Part shown: positions 56,369-64,000 of the stretch, one piece after another
Numbering within the stretch: position 1 is the stretch's first letter
Layout: every line of letters begins with the position of its first letter
Source: an uncultured Mycoplasmatota bacterium
GTDB taxonomy: Bacteria; Bacillota_I; Bacilli_A; RF39; UBA660
Direction: 5' to 3'
Length of the DNA stretch: 64,000 nt
Assembly: GCA_900547465.1 (NCBI GenBank)
Contig: URHJ01000004.1
Coordinates: forward strand, 253-64,252
Notes under the pieces: generated by a model
Seen by the model: only the letters and a program-made list of their open reading frames with translations
Databases searched by the model: none
Told to the model about the DNA's origin: nothing
Position numbers and translations under genes: made by a program

Positions 56369-57361
56369 CTATATCTTTAAAACTTGACCAATACTTAACA
56401 TAGTACTACCTAGTCCATTTTTCTTTTTTAATGAATCAACACTTGTATTAAATTTTTTAGCTATGCTATACAAACTGTCTCCACTTTTAACTGCGTATGT
56501 AGTTTCCCCAATATTAACAGCTGGAACCTTTAATTCTTGATTAATTGATAAAGAATCACTCTTAAGATTATTTAAATCTTTTAATTCACTAACACTTGTC
56601 CCAAATTTTTTCGCAAGATCATATAAATTATCTCCACTCTGGACCTTATAGATAGTAACTTCGCTTAAGGCTACTGATGGTATAACAATCTCTTGTCCTA
56701 CTGATAGAATATTATTATTTAGATTATTTAATTGTTTAATTTTATCAGCCGTAGTTCCAAACTTCTTTGCTATACTATACAAGCTATCTCCACTTTGAAC
56801 TACATAAGTAGATGATAATGGAACATCAAAATCTAGTCCGTAACATTCCTCAATTGATGATATTTTTTTCTTATCATCTATAATTAACACTGTACCAACT
56901 GTTAATGTATTACTCTTCAAATCATTATCTTTTTTTATCTTATCAACAGTAGTACCAAATCTTTCTGCTATATCATATAAATTATCTCCAGCTTCAACTG
57001 TATAATTAACGTATTCTGGCAAATCAGAATTATCATTATCTTCAATATAACAAGGAATTCTTAATTCTTGACCAATACTCAAATCATTACTTTCAAGTCC
57101 ATTATATTCTTTTATTAAATCTGCAGTAGTATCATACTTCTTTGCTATTTCATATAAACTATCTCCAGCTTCTACTGTGTAGATAACACACTCTGATGGA
57201 TTAGTAGCATCATTATCAGAAACAATTAAAACTTGTCCAGGTACTAAATTATCACTAGTCAAATTATTAAGTTCCCTAATTCTTTGAGCACTAGTATTAT
57301 GTTGCCTAGAAATACCATATAAAGTATCTCCAGATTGCACTGTATATGTACTTTGGTTCAT
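56369..57361 (-). CDS. LysM-repeat protein (six LysM domains)
   Basis: Six repeats of Y.V..GD.LY.IA.KF.T....L...N.L.S..L..GQ.L. Confidence 0.9.
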   Translation of the reverse strand: MNQSTYTVQSGDTLYGISRQHNTSAQRIRELNNLTSDNLVPGQVLIVSDNDATNPSECVIYTVEAGDSLYEIAKKYDTTADLIKEYNGLESNDLSIGQELRIPCYIEDNDNSDLPEYVNYTVEAGDNLYDIAERFGTTVDKIKKDNDLKSNTLTVGTVLIIDDKKKISSIEECYGLDFDVPLSSTYVVQSGDSLYSIAKKFGTTADKIKQLNNLNNNILSVGQEIVIPSVALSEVTIYKVQSGDNLYDLAKKFGTSVSELKDLNNLKSDSLSINQELKVPAVNIGETTYAVKSGDSLYSIAKKFNTSVDSLKKKNGLGSTMLSIGQVLKI

Positions 57362-57396
57362 TATTTTACACCTCTAGTTATATATATGAAAACAAA

Positions 57397-57431
57397 TAAA
57401 AAAAGTGACAAAAACCTATGTAAAGTCACTT
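57397..57431 (-). terminator. possible terminator at the end of the 147-aa ORF
   Basis: Minus-strand AAGTGAC-(15 nt)-GTCACTT followed by TTTTTAT. The hairpin includes the stop codon and has a large loop. Confidence 0.4.
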
Positions 57432-57859
57432 AAAAACCAAATAAAGATATCATCATATTGAATTTTAAATACAAATTTATTGTCATTTATTTTTTCTACA
57501 AAGAAAGTGGGAGTATACTTGTATATATTATCTTTTAATTCATCGTCAAGAATTTTACATATACCATCATCAATAAAGAATACTTCACCAGGAACTATGT
57601 AATCGTTAATTTTAATTACATTAGAAAATTTATTTAAAGTTACCAAATCACCAAACAAACTAAAAGAAAAACTATATTTTTTATTACTACTATTTGCCAT
57701 AATATTGAAATTTATTAATGGCTTATGATCCTCAAACTTCACTCCATCTTTATACGATACTAAAGTAATTTTATCAAAATCATATTCTAATATTGCATTT
57801 TTTAAATCTTCTTTTCTATAAGAAAAAACATACTCATCTATTCCTAATTTTCTCTTCAT
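57416..57859 (-). CDS. hypothetical protein (147 aa)
   Basis: ORF only. Cytoplasmic and beta-rich in appearance, with no motif. Confidence 0.45.
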   Translation of the reverse strand: MKRKLGIDEYVFSYRKEDLKNAILEYDFDKITLVSYKDGVKFEDHKPLINFNIMANSSNKKYSFSFSLFGDLVTLNKFSNVIKINDYIVPGEVFFIDDGICKILDDELKDNIYKYTPTFFVEKINDNKFVFKIQYDDIFIWFLSDFT

Positions 57860-57928
57860 AATAAATAACCCCTATAAAATATCAACAATTCTAAAATAAA
57901 TCATAAATATTGAAATATCGTAATATTT

Positions 57929-58522
57929 TCATTTCAATCCATAGTCTTTAACTAAGCTTTTTCTTAAAATTTTTTCTTGTACCTTTTGTTTATTTATAAT
58001 CTTATTATTTATCTCATCAGTCTTTTTATTATATCTAATTTCCCTAACTTCATATAAAATGTATGCATCAACAAGGGTTAAATTATTATAATTACTCATT
58101 TTATCTTTTATATATTCTTCTAACTCTGGTATTTCTTTTTTTCTAAAGATAGCTAAAGTTTTATATGATTCATTCAATTCATCCTCAGTTAATCTACTTC
58201 TCATAAAATCTTCTAAAGAATTCCTCATATATTCACATACACAATCATGCTCTTTTTTTATGCAATCTTTATTCTTATACTTAATAAACAAATCAGCCAT
58301 TAGTTTTTGTTCTTTAATTTTGAGATATCTTTTCATTTCATCTTTAGTTATTTGTTCTAATGACTTACCATTTAATTTATTAAAAAAGCTCTCATCATCA
58401 TGACTAACATAGGATAAAAATCTTATCCATTCATCTAATGTATGATCAATATTAGCATGCGACAAAGAACTAACTGGATATAATAGTTTATTTTCAACTC
58501 TTATCTCAAACATACTCATCAC
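57929..58522 (-). CDS. hypothetical protein (197 aa)
   Basis: ORF only. Helical, Lys/Glu-rich. Confidence 0.45.
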   Translation of the reverse strand: MMSMFEIRVENKLLYPVSSLSHANIDHTLDEWIRFLSYVSHDDESFFNKLNGKSLEQITKDEMKRYLKIKEQKLMADLFIKYKNKDCIKKEHDCVCEYMRNSLEDFMRSRLTEDELNESYKTLAIFRKKEIPELEEYIKDKMSNYNNLTLVDAYILYEVREIRYNKKTDEINNKIINKQKVQEKILRKSLVKDYGLK

Positions 58523-58539
58523 CCAATCATATATAATAT

Positions 58540-59124
58540 TTATTTATGTTTTCTTACTAATCTGTGAACTTTTTCTATTGCCTTATCCTCTGACTCAAAA
58601 ATAGCAGTTTCATAATATTCTTCTTGTAGTTTATAAAAATAAGAATCTCTACTAAATACATTTTTAGGAACTATTATTTTATGAGTAGATTCAAACTCAT
58701 CAGCTTTAGAGTAAGGAATTTCAACAGTTTCATCGAAGCTATGGCTTTTAGCCTCTAAATTATAATAGACTACATAATCAGCATCTTTATCATCTCTATT
58801 TACTCTTATATCATGTGCAGCATGAACTATATCTATTTCATTAGTATATTTATAAGTTCCAATATAAACATAATAATCATCTCTTGGTGTAATATCTGTC
58901 CTACTAACTGCCATTCTTACAAAATAAGAATCTTCCTCTTGTTCTATAGGATCAATATGCTTAGCTTTATTCGTTTCATATTCTGCAATAGTAGCTAAAT
59001 ATTCTTTTACTACAGAATTATTTTCCAATTCTTCTATTTTTGATTTCAATGCAAGTATTTTATTTCTCTCATTTATTAATTCATTGTAATTTTCCCTAAG
59101 TTTTATTAATTCTTCACTTTTCAT
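58540..59124 (-). CDS. hypothetical protein with N-terminal coiled coil (194 aa)
   Basis: ORF with RBS AGGAGGG. LRENYNELINERNKILALKSKIEELE coiled coil followed by a globular part. Confidence 0.45.
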   Translation of the reverse strand: MKSEELIKLRENYNELINERNKILALKSKIEELENNSVVKEYLATIAEYETNKAKHIDPIEQEEDSYFVRMAVSRTDITPRDDYYVYIGTYKYTNEIDIVHAAHDIRVNRDDKDADYVVYYNLEAKSHSFDETVEIPYSKADEFESTHKIIVPKNVFSRDSYFYKLQEEYYETAIFESEDKAIEKVHRLVRKHK

Positions 59125-59495
59125 ATAAAACCCTCCTAAAATATTTTCACATTTCTTTGAAAAAAATAATTTATGTCATAATTAACATATACATTATATC
59201 ACAATTGCATATTCCTGAAAACATAGATAGAACAGTATAATTACGATAGTTTAAGTTTTCTATATTGCTATAAAACTGATATCAAAGTTATTTTAAAAAA
59301 TAACCTGTCGTCTTTTTATTCTAACAATGTATAATAATTACTAATGTTGTTAGTTCCATAAATTTATATTTTTTATCTAAAGCTATCAATATCTTTATCA
59401 TTATTATTACGATAGTAATTACAAAAAACAAACTATATTAAGTGATTTGAATAAACATTAATCTGGTACAAATGTTGTAACCATCTACAATTATT

Positions 59496-60077
59496 TTAGA
59501 ACCAATTTTTTTGTTCATCTTTTTTATTTAATACTTGAAGTTGGTTAAATAAATTCATAAAACATAAATTAAATGGGGCGTATTTTGATCCTGAATTACA
59601 TATTCTTATACCAAAACCAAATGTAGAATCATCAGGATTATCAGTAAAGGTTAATATTATTTCATCATCTTTCTTTTCTATTTTTAATTTGTTAGCTTTT
59701 TCATCATATATATTATCGCTATACCAAACAATTGCAGAATCCTGTACTAATCTATTATAAATATTGTTATTTTTCAATAATTCATTTGTTTGTTCTTTAG
59801 TATCGTATATTTCTGATTCAATTTCACTTGCATCAAATACTTTACATTTAATTATATTATCTATAAGAATTTCAAAATACTGATAAATTTCTTGACTTTG
59901 ATTTATAGAAAAGGTGGCACTGTAATTCCCATTTTCATCAATATTATGGTCTCCAAAGATATCTATATATAAATCAAAATTTGAACCATAAAATATTTTT
60001 AGTAATTTATTTTCATCTCTAATTAAGATGTCTTTTACTTTGTTGAAACAATCATTATTTTTAAATTCTACTGTTAT
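59496..60077 (-). CDS. hypothetical protein, start codon unclear
   Basis: The frame is open from 60089 to 59496. A strong RBS AAGGGAGAG (60083-60091) is followed 5 nt later by ATA (60077). The first canonical start is TTG at 59777, which is the track ORF. Confidence 0.35.
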   Translation of the reverse strand: MTVEFKNNDCFNKVKDILIRDENKLLKIFYGSNFDLYIDIFGDHNIDENGNYSATFSINQSQEIYQYFEILIDNIIKCKVFDASEIESEIYDTKEQTNELLKNNNIYNRLVQDSAIVWYSDNIYDEKANKLKIEKKDDEIILTFTDNPDDSTFGFGIRICNSGSKYAPFNLCFMNLFNQLQVLNKKDEQKNWF

Positions 60078-60145
60078 AGTAACTCTCCCTTAAAAGTAAA
60101 AATATTATAACAAATAAGTGTAATTATATCAACATTCTGTTATAA

Positions 60146-60320
60146 CAAGATATTTAACATTCTAGGTATTTTAACACAATCAGTTAAATAATTCATTGAA
60201 ATTTTTTATCATATAAAAATCAGTCTTTTTTCAGACTGAATATATTTAAATTTCGAATAGTTCGAACAGATTCTCTAGTGGTGCTAATGTCGTAAATATC
60301 TACAACTTTTTTTAAAGTAT
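60146..60320. repeat. intergenic module copy 1 (terminator hairpin + inverted repeat + promoter)
   Basis: Aligns with 60838-61015. The 22-nt block TTCGAATAGTTCGAACAGATTC (60252-60273) is identical in both. The hairpin TCAGTC...GACTGA is at 60220-60239. A degenerate inverted-repeat block is at 60146-60173. Confidence 0.7.
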
Positions 60321-60329
60321 TACAAACTT

Positions 60330-60728
60330 TTATTTTTTAGGATTTTTTCTACGAACATACATTACTGTTGTTCCATCAGTTTGGTAGTCAATACCTCTTG
60401 GAATTCTAGGATCAAGCATTATATCGTGATTTACTTTAATGATACTAACTCGTTTTTTATCATTTTTATTGTAATATGGAATCAAAGAATCTTCATCAAT
60501 GTATATTCCTTTTTCAGGAATCTTACTGCTTGTGGTTAATTTTTTGTTATAATTTCCAGTTATCATGCCTTTATAAAATTCTAAATAATCCTTTAAAGAA
60601 GCAATCCATTCTAAATTTACATACTTTCCATTTCCTAACGATAATAATGGACTAGTATTTTGATATAACTTAATTGTTCCATTTTCGACAATATTAATAT
60701 TACCAATATAGATATTATTTTTTAACAT
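60330..60728 (-). CDS. hypothetical protein (132 aa)
   Basis: ORF with RBS AAAGGAGG. No motif. Confidence 0.45.
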   Translation of the reverse strand: MLKNNIYIGNINIVENGTIKLYQNTSPLLSLGNGKYVNLEWIASLKDYLEFYKGMITGNYNKKLTTSSKIPEKGIYIDEDSLIPYYNKNDKKRVSIIKVNHDIMLDPRIPRGIDYQTDGTTVMYVRRKNPKK

Positions 60729-60837
60729 AAAATACCTCCTTTTAAAACTTAGCTAATATTATACATATTATTTATTTCGATGTAAATATCTTTTGCTAAA
60801 ATAATATTCATAATATAATTTGTAAATTTTATTATGA

Positions 60838-61015
60838 CAAAATATTTAACCCCCTAGGTATTTTGATACAAACATCAAAATTACCGATTGGTTTTTATAA
60901 AATAAAAATCAGTCATATTTAAGACTGAAGTATATAATTAAGTTCGAATAGTTCGAACAGATTCGTCACTGGTGCGAGTAAGAAAGTTATTTCAAACTTT
61001 TTTTCGCTAAAGTAA
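60838..61015. repeat. intergenic module copy 2
   Basis: Inverted repeat CAAAATA-N14-TATTTTG (60838-60865) around CCCCCTAGG. Hairpin 60909-60928. Identical 22-mer at 60943-60964. On the minus strand, TTGTCA (60835-60840), a 17-nt spacer, then TATATT (60812-60817). Confidence 0.7.
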
Positions 61016-61084
61016 GAAATTAATATAATATTTATATCAATTTCTTAATATAATTATAAACTAAACTGTTGAATAATTAAATAC

Positions 61085-62470
61085 TTATTTACCAGTTTGT
61101 TTGCTTTTTTCTAATTTTCTTTGTAATCTTAATTGCCTTACTTCTTCTTTTTTTAGATTTTCTTGTTCTTCTGATAAATCATCCTGGTTTATTCGATTAG
61201 ATAAAGCATTGACTAATCTTTGATGAAGTTCATCTTCTTCTGGTGTATAAAAAGTAGCAGCATTATTATTTTGTGTCATTATTAATTCTTGAATTGTTAT
61301 TGTTGGAAGTTTTTCATATTTACTTGCTCTTGAACCATATCCAATATAACAAACTAAATTTTTGGATCCACCTGCTTTAATATATTCATTCATAAATAAT
61401 CTAAGACCCGGATCAGATCTATCAACACCATATGCCATTGGTATATCAATATTTCTACCAAATTCTTTTGCAAATATAAAAGCCCTACGAGGTCCAATTC
61501 TATTTCCACCACGTTCAATGATTCTATACATTACGCAATTAAGCATTTCATCTTTTTGATAAATCCAATTATCGTAATCTTTAATTGCTTTTTCAAATTC
61601 ATTGTTTTCTGGAAATTTTATACCTTTTTCTTTTAACATACTAACTACTTCTTTTATATTTTTACCTTCTAAGTCTTCATTAGCTATTCCAGGTATTACA
61701 TCCATATATTCAGACCATTCAACAAAGCCATTGCGAGTTAAGTGTAAATGTGCACTACCATGCCCACGATTCCAATAAACAATATCTTGATATTTAGGTC
61801 TTGAAAATACATATCTTTCACTCCATGGTAATGAATTAATAAATGCTTTAGTATTGTAAAATTCATTCCAATCTAAATCTTTAATATCTGAATCATCATC
61901 TAATATATCATTTGTATATTGATTATTTGCAAACATAACTTCATTTATATCAATTTGTTCTTGTGATGAACCAGGCATTATTCTATTTATTTTATAATCT
62001 GGATACCTTAATTCATACCAAACTGCCATTTTTTCAATAAAATTTCTCATTTCTATAGGAAAATGATATTCACCAATATCAGTATAATGATCTTTAACCA
62101 TATTTTCAGTATACCAGTCAATAAATTCATCTACCTTATCATCTAATATTATCATTCTAGAATTTTTAAAATGATCTGAAAGTGCTTTAGCGTGTGGTGA
62201 TGATGTTTGCTCATTAAAATGTCTAAAGTTTGATGCCCAATATTTCATTCTGTCTTTTTCAGACATTTTTTCTAATTGTTCTCTTAAAGCTTTATTTTCA
62301 TCTTCTGTCTCATTTTTACTTTCTATTAAACGACCTATAGCAGTACCTAATGCCCCATATCCTAGTGGATCTTCCTTTTTTGCCATAGTTTCTAATTCTT
62401 TAACAGATTCACTGGTAAATGCACCTTTTATTTTTTCTCTTAATTTTATTAATTCTTCTTTTATATCCAT
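61085..62470 (-). CDS. hypothetical protein (461 aa)
   Basis: Large intact ORF immediately downstream of the relaxase gene. No motif recognised. Confidence 0.5.
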   Translation of the reverse strand: MDIKEELIKLREKIKGAFTSESVKELETMAKKEDPLGYGALGTAIGRLIESKNETEDENKALREQLEKMSEKDRMKYWASNFRHFNEQTSSPHAKALSDHFKNSRMIILDDKVDEFIDWYTENMVKDHYTDIGEYHFPIEMRNFIEKMAVWYELRYPDYKINRIMPGSSQEQIDINEVMFANNQYTNDILDDDSDIKDLDWNEFYNTKAFINSLPWSERYVFSRPKYQDIVYWNRGHGSAHLHLTRNGFVEWSEYMDVIPGIANEDLEGKNIKEVVSMLKEKGIKFPENNEFEKAIKDYDNWIYQKDEMLNCVMYRIIERGGNRIGPRRAFIFAKEFGRNIDIPMAYGVDRSDPGLRLFMNEYIKAGGSKNLVCYIGYGSRASKYEKLPTITIQELIMTQNNNAATFYTPEEDELHQRLVNALSNRINQDDLSEEQENLKKEEVRQLRLQRKLEKSKQTGK

Positions 62471-62509
62471 AAAGTAAACCTTCCTTAGTTACCTACTATT
62501 TTAACATAT

Positions 62510-63874
62510 TTATCTTTCAAAATCATCATTTTTATCATCATTTTTATCATTATTTTTATTATTTTGAATTATATCAATTTCATTATCATCAAGTATATCT
62601 TCATCATATAAGTCATTTATGAAGTCATCATATTTATTTGTAGAGAAGAATTTATTTTGTAAAAATTCAATAAATTTTTCCCATAATTCTTTAAAGTAAT
62701 CAACTATTTTTTGTAATTCTGATACCTTATCTTCTAACTCATCAATAGTTTCATTGGCATCATTTAAATTATATTCTAATTCTTCAATTCTATCATCACG
62801 AGTTTGAATTTTCTTTTTTAAGTTTCTAACCTCGTTAGAGTGTTCTCTTAAGTCATCTTCATATTTTTTTAAGACTATATTTATATCATTTGCATCTCTT
62901 AAATTTGAAGTGGTGTCATTAGTTTGCTCTATATACCTTTTGATTTTATCTATATCTTCATTAGAAATAGTGAAGTTGTTTTTATTCATTATTGTAGGTT
63001 TTAAATTATCAATAATATCATTAATCTCATTAGATTTATTTTGTAATTCATTTGTTTTATTATTTAATTCTTTAAGTTGTTTTTTATATTTTTCTTGTTC
63101 TCGTTTAAATTTTTTATATTTATTCATATTAGCAACATTAATATCAACATTTCTACCTTCTTCTTTTACTTTAAGAGTGTAGTTTAAATGATAAATTCTA
63201 TTGAACGAATTAATACAATATACTCTCATTTTGTCTTGAATTTCTTTTAGGCTTATTTTATTAAAGACATCAGATTTACCAACTTGTTTTTCCATACCAT
63301 TTTTCATTCCATCCTTAAATGGAACTCCAACAATATGTAAATGTGGACTAGATTCATCAAAATGAATGGTTGCATTGGCTATTTTAAAATCAGGTACAAC
63401 TTCTTCTAAATCTATGATTTGTTCTTTAAAAACTTCTACCATTTTATGCTTGAATTTATCATCTTTATCAGACCAAAAATCCATATCTCCAAGTTCAATA
63501 ATAATCTCACAAGCAAGATCTCGTTTGTTATCATTTGAGATATGATTAAAATAGTTTTCTATCTTTCTATCATTTCTAGTTTGCTTTTCGTTGTATTTAA
63601 TTCTAGCATCTTCAAACAATTTTAAATACAAATTTTTGGTATCTTCAACAATAGATGGAGTACCTTTAATCGTGCAAATTAGTTCTTGTTCTTCATCATA
63701 TTTTCTTAAATTGTGTTTATCAACTTTTGATAATTGCTGATGGTTTTGAATAGCATTATTAGATAGAGAAGTAGTTCCAGTTTCAGTATTTTTTACACTT
63801 CTTCTTGCTTTTTTAGATTTATTTTTATCATTACTTAAATGCAATGAATAAGATAATTCTTCCTTGTCATCCAT
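62510..63874 (-). CDS. mob: MobV-family (Mob_Pre) relaxase
   Basis: KHNLRK (HxxR-type motif) and ATIHFDESSPHLHIVGVPF (HxDE...PHxH). Compare pMV158 MobM KHNER and SVHLDESTPHMHMGVVPF. Long C-terminal coiled coil. Confidence 0.85.
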   Translation of the reverse strand: MDDKEELSYSLHLSNDKNKSKKARRSVKNTETGTTSLSNNAIQNHQQLSKVDKHNLRKYDEEQELICTIKGTPSIVEDTKNLYLKLFEDARIKYNEKQTRNDRKIENYFNHISNDNKRDLACEIIIELGDMDFWSDKDDKFKHKMVEVFKEQIIDLEEVVPDFKIANATIHFDESSPHLHIVGVPFKDGMKNGMEKQVGKSDVFNKISLKEIQDKMRVYCINSFNRIYHLNYTLKVKEEGRNVDINVANMNKYKKFKREQEKYKKQLKELNNKTNELQNKSNEINDIIDNLKPTIMNKNNFTISNEDIDKIKRYIEQTNDTTSNLRDANDINIVLKKYEDDLREHSNEVRNLKKKIQTRDDRIEELEYNLNDANETIDELEDKVSELQKIVDYFKELWEKFIEFLQNKFFSTNKYDDFINDLYDEDILDDNEIDIIQNNKNNDKNDDKNDDFER

Positions 63875-63898
63875 ATTTTATATTCCCCCTTTTTTAGA

Positions 63899-63941
63899 AC
63901 AGAGACCTACTATTTATAGTAGGGTAATTTTGCTCTGTCAA
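63899..63941 (-). promoter_or_regulatory. mob promoter overlapped by a nested inverted repeat (oriT candidate)
   Basis: On the minus strand, TTGACA (63936-63941), a 17-nt spacer, then TATAAA (63913-63918). A perfect palindrome CCTACTAT-tt-ATAGTAGG (63906-63923) is nested inside ACAGAG...CTCTGT (63899-63904 / 63933-63938). Confidence 0.55.
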
Positions 63942-63966
63942 AATCTCTAACCCCCTAGGAATTTTG
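63939..63966. repeat. intergenic module copy 3 (partial, truncated by the window end)
   Basis: CAAAATCTCTAACCCCCTAGGAATTTTG matches 60838-60865 (CAAAATATTTAACCCCCTAGGTATTTTG). Confidence 0.65.
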
Positions 63967-64000
63967 GACGTTCCATACAAAATATCCAGTGGGCTAAGGT

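Larger units (their letters stand above)
57416..64000. mobile_element. putative integrated mobilizable element (MobV relaxase, oriT-like site, unknown cargo); boundaries undetermined
   Basis: Relaxase, oriT-like inverted repeat, six unrecognisable ORFs and repeated regulatory modules. The left limit is only the last recognisable chromosomal gene (LysM, 57361). The right end lies beyond the window. Confidence 0.4.

Noticed and set aside
56369-57361. Regular ~150-165-nt periodic DNA repeats that could suggest a repeat array
   Set aside because: The periodicity lies entirely within one ORF and corresponds to six LysM domains. It is not a CRISPR or non-coding array.
60152-60188. Integron attC-like core pair ATTTAAC ... 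GTTAAAT in repeat copy 1
   Set aside because: The GTTAAAT partner is not conserved in copy 2 or 3. No intI-like gene is visible. Such 7-mers arise easily by chance in DNA this AT-rich.
60252-60273. GTTCGAA motifs resembling a tRNA T-loop (possible tRNA fragment or att site)
   Set aside because: No complementary T-stem, acceptor stem or CCA context can be drawn. The sequence reads better as a direct repeat of the TTCGAA palindrome.
62516-62565. Tandem DNA repeat TTTATCATCATTT x2 near the 3' end of mob
   Set aside because: It encodes a low-complexity KNDDKNDD tail inside the ORF. There is no evidence of regulatory or phase-variable function.

Overview
The window is very AT-rich, low-GC Firmicute chromosome, and about 90% of the genes are on the minus strand. 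It looks like a spore-former. The short SMC and TGS-less ThrS hint at Erysipelotrichales or a relative, but that placement is inference only.

The backbone is housekeeping and follows Bacillus-type synteny:
- dnaI ... T-box-thrS
- comEA-comEC
- SEDS (ftsW/rodA) x2, def, smc
- polC ... truB ... rpsO-pnp-ylxY-like deacetylase

The polC-to-rpsO block is broken. No rimP-nusA-infB-rbfA or ribF genes are present. Their positions are filled by accessory genes:
- a decayed ORF6N gene
- a RhuM-Fic/Doc gene
- DUF1625 and DUF1653 genes
- a tandem pair of unknown coiled-coil paralogues
- a SpoVK-type AAA+ / HTH-metallophosphoesterase operon

truB itself is fused in frame to a VanY-type peptidase.

Sporulation and cell-wall content:
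- two CotY/CotZ-family genes and a tiny YjcZ-like gene missing from the ORF track
- a SleC-like cortex lytic enzyme whose N-terminal pro-domain is a separate, translationally coupled ORF
- a 6xLysM protein and three NodB-type deacetylases
- two TasA/camelysin-like secreted paralogues
- an orphan histidine kinase with tandem consensus Spo0A boxes upstream

Other content is a TetR / GNAT / amidotransferase / CDF cluster with a MacB-type ABC pair.

The right end (about 57.4 kb to the window edge) looks like a mobilizable element. It has a MobV relaxase with an oriT-like nested inverted repeat over its promoter. It also carries six unrecognisable cargo ORFs. A repeated roughly 170-bp terminator / inverted-repeat / promoter module occurs three times; the third copy is cut by the window edge.

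By eye I found no rRNA, tRNA or CRISPR array. All family calls come from motif recognition, not searches. Intergenic coordinates were counted by hand and may be off by 1-2 nt.
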